The notes beneath the pieces are model-generated. The model did no database searches. It was given only the letters and a program-made list of their open reading frames with translations, and was not told the DNA's origin. From NCBI GenBank assembly GCA_044440125.1, contig JBITAJ010000001.1, positions 1 through 32,195 on the forward strand: a DNA stretch of 32,195 bases, read 5' to 3'. This DNA is from Sedimentisphaeraceae bacterium JB056 (GTDB lineage Bacteria > Planctomycetota > Phycisphaerae > Sedimentisphaerales > Sedimentisphaeraceae). The position numbers were made by a program, and so were the translations under genes. Positions 9,548-19,888 of the stretch are shown here, piece by piece (position 1 is the stretch's first letter; each line of letters starts with the position of its first letter).

Positions 9548-11107
9548 ATGTTTGGACAAAAGCGAAACCCAAGAATTTTAGTAGTAACACCTGAGATAAC
9601 ATATCTTCCTAATGGTATGGGGAATATGGCTAATGCCATGACCGCAAAGGCAGGGGGACTTGCTGATGTTTCCTCTTCATTGATATCGGTGCTTTATGAA
9701 AAGGGTGTTGATGTTCATGTGGCTCTTCCAAACTATCGACGTATGTTCAACGTCAATGCGATGGGTCTTGTTGCCGATGAGCTTCGTATGTATATGAGCA
9801 GGCTCAGTGACAGGCGAATCCATCTTGCGGAAGATCGCATTTTTTATTATCAAAATCAGGTTTACAGTAATTACCTTGACCACAGTATCAAGATAAGTCT
9901 TGCGTTTCAGAGGGAAGTCATATCTCATATAATTCCACAGGTGCAGCCGGACCTTATTCACTGTAATGACTGGATGACAGGTTTGATTCCCGGTTTTGCC
10001 CGTAGAATAAATGTGCCTTGCTTGTTTACTGTTCATAATATTCATACGCAAAAAATAACGCTTGAACATATTGAGGATATGGGTATTGATGCTGCCAATT
10101 TCTGGCGTCATCTTTATTATTCAAGAATACCGGCAAATTATGAAGAAACCCGTTCGGATAATCCGGTTGATCTTTTGAATAGCGGAATATTCGCATCGCA
10201 CTTTATAAATACGGTTAGTCCTACTTTCCTCAAGGAGATCGTGGCGGGTATGCATTCAAATATTATGCCTGAGATACGTTATGAAATAAGCTGCAAGGAA
10301 AAAGCTGGTTGTGCAGCTGGTATCCTTAACTCTCCCGACCCTTCATATAATCCTAAAACTGATAAAGCATTAAAGTATAATTATGATTCGACGGATTTTT
10401 ATGAAAAGAAGAGAAAGAACAAACTTGCTTTCCAAAAGAAGGCTGGGTTGATACAAAATGCCGATGCGCCATTATTTTTCTGGCCTTCGCGGCTTGATCC
10501 TATTCAAAAAGGGTGCTCACTTCTGACAGATATTCTTTATAAGATAATATCTGAATATTGGGATGATAACCTCCAGGTTGCGATTGTAGCCAACGGTCAA
10601 TACCAGAGACATTTTCACGACATAGTATATATGCATAATCTTAAGGGCAGAGTCGCTGTTTGTGATTTTAATGAAAATCTCTCAAGGCTTGGTTTCGCCG
10701 CTTCTGATTTTATGCTTATGCCTTCTTTATTTGAGCCTTGCGGTTTGCCGCAAATGATGAGTCCGATATACGGCGGACTGCCTATCGTGAATGATACCGG
10801 CGGCCTGCATGATACGATAAAGCATATCAATGTTAAGGAATCAACTGGAAACGGTTTTGTTTTCAATGTATATGATTCCAAAGGTTTGAACTGGGCGATT
10901 GACAGTGCCATGGAGTTTTACAAACTTGATGATGATGTTAAATTGCCGCAGATAAAAAGAGTCATGGAAGATGCGGCTTCTCAATTCAATCATTCTGTTA
11001 CTGCGCAAAAGTATATCGATGTCTATGAGCAGATGCTCCAACGTCCGTTACTGAAAAGTTTCAATAATTATGACAGCAATACCAGCTATCCGGAAAAAGT
11101 TGAATAG
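9548..11107 (+). CDS. glgA: Glycogen/starch synthase, GT5
   Basis: KAGGLADV, IHCNDWMT, FTVHN, TVSPT, SRL..QKG, MPSLFEPCGLPQM, TGGLHDT. ATG 9548 preferred over TTG 9518. Confidence 0.92.
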   Translation: MFGQKRNPRILVVTPEITYLPNGMGNMANAMTAKAGGLADVSSSLISVLYEKGVDVHVALPNYRRMFNVNAMGLVADELRMYMSRLSDRRIHLAEDRIFYYQNQVYSNYLDHSIKISLAFQREVISHIIPQVQPDLIHCNDWMTGLIPGFARRINVPCLFTVHNIHTQKITLEHIEDMGIDAANFWRHLYYSRIPANYEETRSDNPVDLLNSGIFASHFINTVSPTFLKEIVAGMHSNIMPEIRYEISCKEKAGCAAGILNSPDPSYNPKTDKALKYNYDSTDFYEKKRKNKLAFQKKAGLIQNADAPLFFWPSRLDPIQKGCSLLTDILYKIISEYWDDNLQVAIVANGQYQRHFHDIVYMHNLKGRVAVCDFNENLSRLGFAASDFMLMPSLFEPCGLPQMMSPIYGGLPIVNDTGGLHDTIKHINVKESTGNGFVFNVYDSKGLNWAIDSAMEFYKLDDDVKLPQIKRVMEDAASQFNHSVTAQKYIDVYEQMLQRPLLKSFNNYDSNTSYPEKVE

Positions 11108-11167
11108 TGTAACATCTGAATTTTTTATGAAATTAGTTGGCTTGACAATTCTTTAAGTGATCACATA

Positions 11168-13186
11168 ATGATAGAACATTGCAAATTAAAAAAAAACGAT
11201 CTTCTTGATGATGAATATCTCAAGCCTTTTTATTCTAATATCGAAAGGCGCAGGGATCGGATAATTCTGACAAAAAAACGCTTTGAAAAGCAAGCCGGTT
11301 CGCTAAAAGAATTTGCGGGCGGTCATCATTACTTTGGACTTCATAAGAGTAAAGATGGCTGGGTTTTTCGAGAGTGGGCGCCGAATGCAAAAAATATTTA
11401 TATCGTCGGTGAATTTTCAAATTGGTTAAGATCGGAAAAGTTTGCTCTCAGAAGACTCAACGATCATGGCAACTGGGAAATTAAACTTGCTCCTGATATT
11501 TTGAAACACGGCATGCAGTATTGCATCAGCATCCACTGGAAGAATGGTGATGGGCAGAGACTGCCATCATATGCAAGGCGAGTCGTTCAGGATCCTGATA
11601 CAAAAATATTTGATGCGCAAGTTTGGTTTCCTGAAGAACCGTATAAATGGAAAAATAAATCACCAGAAAATAATACAGCTCCTTTGATATATGAGTCTCA
11701 TGTTGGAATGGCACAGGAGTATGATGGTGTTGGCAGTTACAAAGATTTTTCTGAAAAAATGCTGAAGAGGATTGTTGATGCCGGCTATAACACTGTTCAG
11801 CTTATGGCACTGATGGAGCATCCTTATTATGGTTCATTTGGTTATCATGTGTCAAATTTCTTCGCCGCATCATCACGGTTTGGAACTCCTGAGGAACTTA
11901 AAGATTTGATCGATAAAGCTCACGGCATGGGACTTCGGGTGATAATGGATCTTGTTCATTCTCATTCTGTTCGTAATGAGAATGAAGGACTCGGTTGTTT
12001 TGACGGCACAAATTATCTGTATTTTCACGAAGGCCCCAGAGGTGTTCATAAACTCTGGGATTCTTATTGCTTTGATTACGGTAAATCAGAAGTGCTTCAT
12101 TTCCTGCTTTCTAACTGTCGCTTCTGGCTTGAAGAATATAATATAGACGGTTTTCGTTTCGATGGCATAACGAGCATGCTCTATACGCATCATGGCATGA
12201 GTAAGGTTTTTACCAGCTATAATGATTATTTTTGTGAAGATGTTGATGAAGATGCTTATGTTTATCTGGCACTTGCCAATGAATTGATACATGAAGTCAA
12301 GCCGTCGGCAATTACCATTGCTGAAGATGTGAGCGGTATGCCGGGGCTTGCCGCCTCTACAGAACAGGGCGGCTGCGGTTTTGATTATCGTATGGCGATG
12401 GGCGTTGCTGATCTATGGTTCAAGATGATGGATATCAGTGATGAACACTGGCCTATGAGTTCACTGGCCTATGAGCTTTTCAATCGCAGGAAAGAAGAAA
12501 AGACGATAAGCTATGTTGAGTGTCACGATCAGGCACTGGTAGGTGGCAAAACGGCTATCTTCACGCTGCTTGATTCCGCTATGTACTATGACATGCATAA
12601 GAACATTGAGAGTATGGTAATTGACAGAGGCATAGCCCTGCATAAGATGATGCGGATTGCTACTGCCGCATCTGCCGCAGGCGGGTATCTGAATTTCATG
12701 GGTAATGAATTCGGTCATCCTGAATGGATAGATTTTCCGCGGGAAGGTAATAACTGGTCGTATCATTATGCCAGAAGGCAGTGGTGTTTGCAGGATGATA
12801 AGAATTTAAAATATCATTATCTCTCTGATTTTGACAAAAGTATGATTTCTTTTTTGAATGAGAAGAATCTTATAGAATACAGACCGCAATTGCTTTATGT
12901 TAATGATCATGATAAGATAATTGCTTTTGAGCGAGGCGGCTATTTCTTTTTCTTCAATTTTAATCCTGTACAATCTTTTACTGATTACGGGATAGTAACA
13001 TTGCCGGGAGAATATCGTCTTATTCTTGACAGTGATGAAAAACAATTTGGCGGCTTTGGCCGGTTGATGCCGGGTCAGTCCTATTATACTATGACACTGG
13101 AAAAAGAAAATGAGATAGTGGATATTCTGAGATTATATCTGCCGGCAAGATGCTGTCTGGTTTTAGAACGAGTTTCCGGCGATTAG
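11168..13186 (+). CDS. glgB: 1,4-alpha-glucan branching enzyme (GH13, eukaryote/Bacteroidota-like type)
   Basis: FREWAPNA, IYESHVGM, EHPYYGSFGYHV, DLVHSH, GFRFDGITSM, IAEDVSGMP, YVECHDQALVG, LNFMGNEFGHPEWIDFPR. Confidence 0.95.
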   Translation: MIEHCKLKKNDLLDDEYLKPFYSNIERRRDRIILTKKRFEKQAGSLKEFAGGHHYFGLHKSKDGWVFREWAPNAKNIYIVGEFSNWLRSEKFALRRLNDHGNWEIKLAPDILKHGMQYCISIHWKNGDGQRLPSYARRVVQDPDTKIFDAQVWFPEEPYKWKNKSPENNTAPLIYESHVGMAQEYDGVGSYKDFSEKMLKRIVDAGYNTVQLMALMEHPYYGSFGYHVSNFFAASSRFGTPEELKDLIDKAHGMGLRVIMDLVHSHSVRNENEGLGCFDGTNYLYFHEGPRGVHKLWDSYCFDYGKSEVLHFLLSNCRFWLEEYNIDGFRFDGITSMLYTHHGMSKVFTSYNDYFCEDVDEDAYVYLALANELIHEVKPSAITIAEDVSGMPGLAASTEQGGCGFDYRMAMGVADLWFKMMDISDEHWPMSSLAYELFNRRKEEKTISYVECHDQALVGGKTAIFTLLDSAMYYDMHKNIESMVIDRGIALHKMMRIATAASAAGGYLNFMGNEFGHPEWIDFPREGNNWSYHYARRQWCLQDDKNLKYHYLSDFDKSMISFLNEKNLIEYRPQLLYVNDHDKIIAFERGGYFFFFNFNPVQSFTDYGIVTLPGEYRLILDSDEKQFGGFGRLMPGQSYYTMTLEKENEIVDILRLYLPARCCLVLERVSGD

Positions 13187-13201
13187 AAAAGCGAGGTTGA
13201 G

Positions 13202-16200
13202 ATGCAGCATAACCTGAACATAAAACAAACTCCTGCTCCTGATTCGAATTTACTTGTAAATTGCGGAGAGTGTATTACTTTTACTCTTTCTATTCCCAAA
13301 GACCTTCACGGCAATGCTTATTTACGCACGAATCTTGGCAAGGCGAGTTTAAGACGCATGGAAATTATCCGGGCTACTGAAACAGAAGGAACTCTGATTG
13401 GTAAAGACTGGTGGGATATTCCTATGAGTCGTGTTTCCGAGGGAGAGTACAGACTCAAAGTTGCAGTTACGGAAACAGGTTGGTTTGCCGCAAAGACATT
13501 ATTTATAAAGCCTGATGGTAAAGTTGACTGGCCTGCCGGTAAGAATGTATATATTAAAGTAGAGCCTGCCGATACGGCATGTAATAATACTATATATACT
13601 GTATTTCCAAGGCAGTTTGGGGAAATGTCAAAGAATTTTCTATATTCTCAAGTCAAGAATCATTCAGGTAATATGAAAGAGCTTGACAATAATGGTTATA
13701 TAGTAATACCGCCTTCAGGAAAATTTCGCGATGTTATAGAAGAGCTTGATTTCATAATCGGCCATATGAATTTTAATATCATCCAGCTTCTTCCTGTGCA
13801 TCCTGTTCCAACGGTATTCGCGAGGATGGGCAGGTATGGAAGTCCGTTTGCCTCTACTGATTTTTTCAATGTTGATCCGGCCTGCGCTTCTGAGGTTCGT
13901 GATGCGACACCAATGGAACAGTTCATTGAACTTGTTGATCAAGTTCACATGAGACTTGGCAAAGTGTTTATCGATTTGCCCGCTAATCATACCGGCTGGG
14001 CGTCTTTGCTTCAGATACATCATCCCGATTGGTTCAAACGTCTTGAAGATAAAAGGTTTAAAAGTCCCGGAGCTTGGGGCGTTGTATGGGAGGATCTATG
14101 TGAACTGGATTATACCAAGACTGAGCTTCAAAATTTCATGACAGATGTTTTTTTGTATTGGGCAAGGCAGGGCGTTGATGGTTTCCGGTGCGATGCCGGT
14201 TATATGATACCTGCTGAGGCTTGGAGATTCATCACCGCAAAAGTTCGTAATGAATTTCCTGATACAATATTTATGCTTGAAGGCCTTGGTGGAAGTTTGT
14301 CAATTACTGAAGAGTTGCTTTCCAGCTCAAATCTGAACTGGGCATATTCAGAGTTGTTCCAAAATTATTCTGCCGAGCAGATAGTCGGCTACCTCAATTA
14401 TTGTGATAATGTTTCGTCAACTCAAGGTACGATGGTTCACTTTGCAGAAACTCATGACAATAATCGCCTTGCAGCTACATCCAAAACATATGCCAAAATG
14501 AGAACCGCAATGAGTGCATTGTTTTCATCAGCGGGTGCGTTCGGTATAACTAACGGCGTTGAATGGTTCGCAGAGGAGAAGGTTGATGTTCATGAGGCTT
14601 CCGGTCTGAACTGGGGCAGTGAAGACAATCAGGTAGAAGCAATCAGAAGACTGAATATTCTTTTGAAGAATCATCCGTGTTTCGAGGCTGGTGCTCAGCA
14701 GAAATTTGTTCACAGCAGCGGCGATCAGACTATGGCTCTTTTGCGTAAAGCCGGAAAAGAAAGCATGAAGAGATGGGCTGCTGAGCTGAGATCTCCTGAT
14801 GGTAAGATACTTGCAGTTGTGAATCTTAATTGTGAAAAGAAAGCAACTGTAAGCTGGAGTGAAGAAGAGTTCAGACCGCAAAAAGATCTTGAGCTGTTTG
14901 ATTTGCTTAGCGGTAATAAAATAGATTGTTGGATTTCCGATGGTCAGGTGTATTGCGAGCTGCCTGAGGGTGCAGTATATGCGCTTGTGAAGGATCGTTT
15001 GTATTTTGATATACTTCTTGAATGGGAAAAGATCGAAGGCTTCAATCTTTCACCTGCTGTATATTGGCGAAGGCTGAATACTATTGTTCAGCAGGCGATA
15101 ATAAATGTCGATGGATTTGTTGATTTCAGTGGCTATGATATTCAGAATCTTGCGAAAAAATTCAAAAAGAATCCGAGAGCCTTTTTCTATGAGATATGTC
15201 ACAATGATGGTTACCTGCCGGTTATATCATGGGATTGTGCTGAAGATAAAGAGCGTGAGGTAATGCTGCCTCCTGAGCATTTTCTTCTTGTATCGGCTCG
15301 TGAACATTTTCTTTGTGAATTGACTGATGAAGATGGTCAGGTTGTTGAACGTGCTTACAGTCTTAAAATAGATGACGGCAGACATATTGCTGTTTTAAAT
15401 TCATTTGAAATATCGCAAGAATATAACACTGATTATAAACTCAAGGTCAGGCTTTATAAGCGTGAGGGAGTTGAGTATATTGATGGTCCGGTGAAAGTGC
15501 TTGCCAAATCCAACGATTCTGTATGCATCGATATTTCTGGAAGCCGACTTCGGCACAATGATGACTATGCTCTGTGCTGCAATGAACTTGGTGCTATTGG
15601 ACAAGTTAGAGCAAAATGGGGTTCGATCAGAAGTAAATATGATGCGTTTCTTTCAGCTAATCTGAATCCGGATTTTCCAGTAGATCGCCATATAATGCTT
15701 ACCCGTCTTCGCGGATGGGTCGTGTATCGCGACTACTCACGTGAGATATCGGTTGAATGCCAAAGTTCTTTCACTACTGATATGAATAATAAGGTTTCGT
15801 GGCGGTTTGATCTTCCTGTTGGTATGGGCAAGCGAATACCATTTGTTATTACACTTGATTTCTCCAAGACAGATAATTCCGCTCAGATAATTTTTACGAG
15901 ACTTGCGGCTCATTGTGAAGATTGTCTTGATGATGGTGAAATTGTTAAATTGATAATTCGGCCGGATATTGAGGATAGATGCAGTCATTGTGTTACAAAA
16001 GCTTATGAAGGCCCTGAGTTCAGTTTCCCCAAAACGATTGAGCCATGGGATAATGGATTTGCATTCAATGCCGAGAATAAAAGAGAGCTTACCATAAAAT
16101 CTGATTCGGATGGTAAGTTTATAAACGAACCGGAGTGGAACTATATGGTGAATCTTCCGGTTGAATATCAAAGAGGACTTGAAAGCTCTACAGATCTTTT

Positions 16201-17527
16201 CAGTCCTGGATATTTCAAATTCAAACTTGGAAGCGGCCGGTCAGTTGTTCTAAATGCGGAAATATCTATTCCAGGATTTGAGCCGGCGCCGATAAAAACA
16301 GATTTGATGTCTGCGCAGACAGACAAGAAATGGAATGTAAAGGATCTGCTTGCTGAGGCGATGAAATTTTATATGGTCAAGAGGGGGCGTTTAAAAACTA
16401 TCATTGCAGGTTATCCATGGTTCCTTGACTGGGGACGCGACACCTTCATATCTTTGCGAGGTTTCATTGCCGCTGGATTTACTGATGAATGCAGAGAGAT
16501 TATAGGGCAGTTCGCAAGATTCGAAGAGAATGGAACCCTGCCTAACATGATACGAGGCGATGATGTATCGAATCGTGATACAACCGATGCTCCGCTCTGG
16601 ATGTTCACGGCGGTAAACGACTATATCAGTAAGACAGGTGATAATTCGATATTGTTAGATGATTGTGATTCAAGGACTTTGCTTGAAGTGCTTATCTCGA
16701 TTGCTAACGGTTATATTGCTTCAACGCCTAACGGCATAAAAGTCGATCCGGAAACTATGCTTGTATTCAGTCCGCCGCATTTTACATGGATGGATACAAA
16801 TTATCCTGCCGCTACTCCTCGCGAGGGTTATCCGATTGAGATACAGGCGTTGTGGTTTGCCGCCTTGAATCTGCTTGGACATTATGATAAGGAAAATGGT
16901 TATAAGTGGCTTTCATTAGCCGATCAGGTTTCTAAGTCTGTTGCCAGATTGTATCCTTCGTCTGATGGAATCGGGTTGACCGATTGCTTGAATGCTCGAA
17001 GCGGAGTCAGTGCGAATATTGCGCAGAAGGATGAGATTCTCAGACCGAATCAGCTTTTTGCGATAACACTTGGCTTGATAGATGACAAGAACTACGCTGC
17101 CGATATTATAAATGCATGTTCGAAGCTGATCATACCCGGAAGTATCAGGAGCCTGGCAAACAGGAAAATCAAAAATAAAATGCCGGTATATAACAATGGC
17201 CGGTTATTGAATAATCCTGATAATCCGTATTTCGGTATTTACGGCGGCGATGAGGATATGTCGAGAAAGCCAGCTTACCATAACGGAACAGCGTGGGGTT
17301 GGGTGTACCCTTCTTACTGTGAAGCGATGGTGAAAATTTATGGTGATTATGCTAAGCCCGCCGCAAATTCGTTGATGCTTTCAATCTATGAAATGTTAAA
17401 GACAGGCTGCATAGGTCATCTTCCGGAAATATGCGATGGCGACTATCCGCATACTCAGAGAGGGTGTCAGGCACAAAGCTGGAGCGTAACAGAAGCATAC
17501 AGAATCCTCGACCTGCTGGAGAAATAA
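13202..17527 (+). CDS. Glycogen debranching enzyme: GH13 domain fused to amylo-alpha-1,6-glucosidase (GH133-like)
   Basis: GH13 motifs QLLPVHP, NHTG, GVDGFRCDAGY, FMLEG, ETHDN; C-terminal IIAGYPWFLDWGRDTFISLRG, TWMD, RPNQLFA, YHNGTAWGW, GCQAQSWS. Confidence 0.9.
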   Translation: MQHNLNIKQTPAPDSNLLVNCGECITFTLSIPKDLHGNAYLRTNLGKASLRRMEIIRATETEGTLIGKDWWDIPMSRVSEGEYRLKVAVTETGWFAAKTLFIKPDGKVDWPAGKNVYIKVEPADTACNNTIYTVFPRQFGEMSKNFLYSQVKNHSGNMKELDNNGYIVIPPSGKFRDVIEELDFIIGHMNFNIIQLLPVHPVPTVFARMGRYGSPFASTDFFNVDPACASEVRDATPMEQFIELVDQVHMRLGKVFIDLPANHTGWASLLQIHHPDWFKRLEDKRFKSPGAWGVVWEDLCELDYTKTELQNFMTDVFLYWARQGVDGFRCDAGYMIPAEAWRFITAKVRNEFPDTIFMLEGLGGSLSITEELLSSSNLNWAYSELFQNYSAEQIVGYLNYCDNVSSTQGTMVHFAETHDNNRLAATSKTYAKMRTAMSALFSSAGAFGITNGVEWFAEEKVDVHEASGLNWGSEDNQVEAIRRLNILLKNHPCFEAGAQQKFVHSSGDQTMALLRKAGKESMKRWAAELRSPDGKILAVVNLNCEKKATVSWSEEEFRPQKDLELFDLLSGNKIDCWISDGQVYCELPEGAVYALVKDRLYFDILLEWEKIEGFNLSPAVYWRRLNTIVQQAIINVDGFVDFSGYDIQNLAKKFKKNPRAFFYEICHNDGYLPVISWDCAEDKEREVMLPPEHFLLVSAREHFLCELTDEDGQVVERAYSLKIDDGRHIAVLNSFEISQEYNTDYKLKVRLYKREGVEYIDGPVKVLAKSNDSVCIDISGSRLRHNDDYALCCNELGAIGQVRAKWGSIRSKYDAFLSANLNPDFPVDRHIMLTRLRGWVVYRDYSREISVECQSSFTTDMNNKVSWRFDLPVGMGKRIPFVITLDFSKTDNSAQIIFTRLAAHCEDCLDDGEIVKLIIRPDIEDRCSHCVTKAYEGPEFSFPKTIEPWDNGFAFNAENKRELTIKSDSDGKFINEPEWNYMVNLPVEYQRGLESSTDLFSPGYFKFKLGSGRSVVLNAEISIPGFEPAPIKTDLMSAQTDKKWNVKDLLAEAMKFYMVKRGRLKTIIAGYPWFLDWGRDTFISLRGFIAAGFTDECREIIGQFARFEENGTLPNMIRGDDVSNRDTTDAPLWMFTAVNDYISKTGDNSILLDDCDSRTLLEVLISIANGYIASTPNGIKVDPETMLVFSPPHFTWMDTNYPAATPREGYPIEIQALWFAALNLLGHYDKENGYKWLSLADQVSKSVARLYPSSDGIGLTDCLNARSGVSANIAQKDEILRPNQLFAITLGLIDDKNYAADIINACSKLIIPGSIRSLANRKIKNKMPVYNNGRLLNNPDNPYFGIYGGDEDMSRKPAYHNGTAWGWVYPSYCEAMVKIYGDYAKPAANSLMLSIYEMLKTGCIGHLPEICDGDYPHTQRGCQAQSWSVTEAYRILDLLEK

Positions 17528-17556
17528 AGGAAGTATAAATTATTTCAGTTTTTATC

Positions 17557-18069
17557 ATGAGATTTTTGAAAATAATTATCAAAATCTTGTTTTGCAGAAA
17601 ATCCCGTAGGAGTTTTTTTATATATTTTAAAGCTCTTAGGGTATCTATCTTTCGATATGATTACGAAATGGCGATTGATTTATATTTAGAATTACTTGAA
17701 TATAATGTTATAAAACCCTATTTGGTATATAAACATCTTGGACAAACATACTATTGGAATAAAGATTATGATAAAGCAGAAATAGCCCTAAGAAAGTCTC
17801 TTGAATTGGGAATGGAAATTAAAAGGCACGACCCAGAACTATACTATCTTCTTGGTTCTATGTGTATTAAGCAGGGAGAATATCAAGATGCATTAATGTT
17901 TTTTGATAAAGCAGTTAAGTATGGGAAAACCAGGAAACATTATAAACTTTTATTTGATATTGATAACGCAAGAGATATGCAGACAGCATTACGTGAAAAT
18001 GAGGATAAGCTTCCATATTTGAGTGCATATTTTAAACAAAACATAAAAAGAACATCTGGTCAGCAGTAA
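17557..18069 (+). CDS. Small TPR-repeat protein
   Basis: TPR-like helices (LGQTYYWNKDYDKAEIALRKSLEL; YYLLGSMCIKQGEYQDALMFFDKAV); visibly AT-rich. Confidence 0.75.
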   Translation: MRFLKIIIKILFCRKSRRSFFIYFKALRVSIFRYDYEMAIDLYLELLEYNVIKPYLVYKHLGQTYYWNKDYDKAEIALRKSLELGMEIKRHDPELYYLLGSMCIKQGEYQDALMFFDKAVKYGKTRKHYKLLFDIDNARDMQTALRENEDKLPYLSAYFKQNIKRTSGQQ

Positions 18070-18189
18070 CGTTTCAAAGGAGCATAATATCATAGGCAGT
18101 GGCAATCGCCTTGTGTAGGAAATTGCAATGAGTATTTCCAAAGTTGTTTTGCGTTTCGTTTTCATCCGCATTCTACATACAAAAAACAC

Positions 18190-18228
18190 AAATCTCAAAT
18201 TCTGAATTCAGGATTTGAGATTTTTTTT
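18190..18228 (+). terminator. 34-bp near-perfect palindrome with T tract (terminator)
   Basis: AAATCTCAAATTCTGA-AT-TCAGGATTTGAGATTT followed by more T; separates the glycogen/TPR genes from the head module. Confidence 0.7.
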
Positions 18229-18334
18229 ATCATACCTAAACCACTGATGGTATTAAATTTAATTTGTCCTCATTAAAAAACTTTCTGTTTAAATTCGCAC
18301 AAAAGCGCAAGCTCTTTTACAGGTGTATATTAAT

Positions 18335-18362
18335 TCAGTACCGCAACCGGTAGGGAGTGGGC
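18335..18362 (+). repeat. 28-bp REP-like repeat, copy 1
   Basis: TCAGTACCGCAACCGGTAGGGAGTGGGC; similar copies at 20478, 21713 and (inverted) 21775. Confidence 0.8.
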
Positions 18363-18406
18363 TGATTACGAACTGCGAACTAAGAACTATATTTCGGGAG
18401 ATAAAG

Positions 18407-19888
18407 ATGGCTTTTGATTTTAGCGGATTCAGTTTGGAACTTGAAGAGGACTTTGTCAAGTGGCTGGTTGAAGATCACTATTCTGTGATCAATGAAAAAT
18501 ATTCAAAATTCTGGGACTATTATCAGAATACCTCTTTGCCTGTTTCAAGAGCCGGTTTGCCTATTGGTAAGGTTAATGACTTTAGTCGTGATTATGTGCA
18601 GGCACAGGAGATTGGTTTGCCGGCGAGGATCACAGGCTTTAACAGACTTTCGAATCTTAGCACTGCGGGTAAAAATGTGCAGCGGAAAGAGATTGTCATT
18701 GAGAATGATATTGCCTGGCGAATAAATGCGATGGTTGATTATCTTTTTGGCAAGGGCTTGACGATTTCTTCAAAGGCACCCGATGGCAAACGCAAAGAAA
18801 AGATTGACGCTATAATAAAGAAAGTCTTCGATTCTGCGGGAGGTATTGAGTTTTTCCAGAACATGTCGGTACTCGGAAGTATCTACGGGTTTGTTGATTG
18901 TATAATTAGGACGGATACATTATTCGATCATTCAAATTCTGTTAGAGATTTTGAGGATGTTTTGAATGCTGCCGCGAAAATAGAGATCGACCTGCTTGAA
19001 GCCACTCACTGCCTACCCGTGTTAAATGAAACAAACTACAAGAAGATAGATTACTATATCCAGCATTTTCCACAGGAAAGAAATTTAGTCTCAGATAAAA
19101 ATTCTTTCCTCTCACGAATAATTGGGTCATCTGGCAGTTCCAAAAGGCAGTTGTCATATGTTACCGAGATTATTTCGGATTCTTCAAGGCAGCTTTATCG
19201 TGATGGCCGGCTCGTAGAGCAAACTCAAAACTTACTTGGCGTGATACCTGTAGTTCATATTCAGAATATTGCTCAGCCTTGCTGCTATGAAGGATTGAGC
19301 GATGTTGAACCTTTGATGCCTCTTCAGGATGAGCTGAACACACGTCTCAGTGATCGCGCCAATCGGATAACGATGCAGAGTTTCAAGATGTATCTTGCGA
19401 AAGGAATAGAGGCTTCGGGAGAGAAGGAGATAATGCCCGGCAGGATGTGGTGTACGGATAATGAACAGGCACAGATCTGCGAGTTTGGAGGGGATGCGGC
19501 AGCTCCTGGTGAAGATTCTCATATTCAGGAGATTCGTGAGGCACTTGATAAGGTTAGCGGAGTTACACCCGTTGCGGCAGGAGTCATACGGGGTAAACTC
19601 GGCAACCTTACAAGTGCTGTCGCATTGAAGATGACGTTGATGGGAACATTGGCCAAGACCGAACGAAAGCGATTGACATTCGGTGAAGGCATAAAACAGA
19701 TTTGTCGTCTGATACTTCTTGCACTCGATGAATCTGATTTGTTTAAGACAAAAGAGTCTGAGCGTGATTTTGAAATTCGTTTTCCAAATCCATTGCCGGA
19801 AGAGCCTGTTGACAAACTCAATGAAGCAAAGATAAAGCTGGAGATAGGCGTGTCGCAGAACAAAGTGCTTGAGGAACTTGGATATTAA
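18407..19888 (+). CDS. Phage portal protein (SPP1 gp6-like)
   Basis: KFWDYY, IVIENDIAWRINAMVDYLFGKG, NLLGVIPVVHIQN, GLSDVEPLMPLQDELN, GNLTSAVAL, IRFPNPLP, SQNKVLEELG; GGGAG RBS before ATG 18407. Confidence 0.85.
   Translation: MAFDFSGFSLELEEDFVKWLVEDHYSVINEKYSKFWDYYQNTSLPVSRAGLPIGKVNDFSRDYVQAQEIGLPARITGFNRLSNLSTAGKNVQRKEIVIENDIAWRINAMVDYLFGKGLTISSKAPDGKRKEKIDAIIKKVFDSAGGIEFFQNMSVLGSIYGFVDCIIRTDTLFDHSNSVRDFEDVLNAAAKIEIDLLEATHCLPVLNETNYKKIDYYIQHFPQERNLVSDKNSFLSRIIGSSGSSKRQLSYVTEIISDSSRQLYRDGRLVEQTQNLLGVIPVVHIQNIAQPCCYEGLSDVEPLMPLQDELNTRLSDRANRITMQSFKMYLAKGIEASGEKEIMPGRMWCTDNEQAQICEFGGDAAAPGEDSHIQEIREALDKVSGVTPVAAGVIRGKLGNLTSAVALKMTLMGTLAKTERKRLTFGEGIKQICRLILLALDESDLFKTKESERDFEIRFPNPLPEEPVDKLNEAKIKLEIGVSQNKVLEELGY

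Noticed and set aside
11142..11169. TTGACA-16-CATAAT before glgB
   Set aside because: The -10 box overlaps the ATG and no suitable downstream in-frame start precedes the conserved N-terminus.
18093..18140. Fluoride-riboswitch-like GGCAGTGGCAATCGCC
   Set aside because: Lacks the conserved GATGG core and a downstream pseudoknot partner.
18323..18406. Longer GTG start for the portal
   Set aside because: The extension translates repeat elements; a good RBS precedes ATG 18407.
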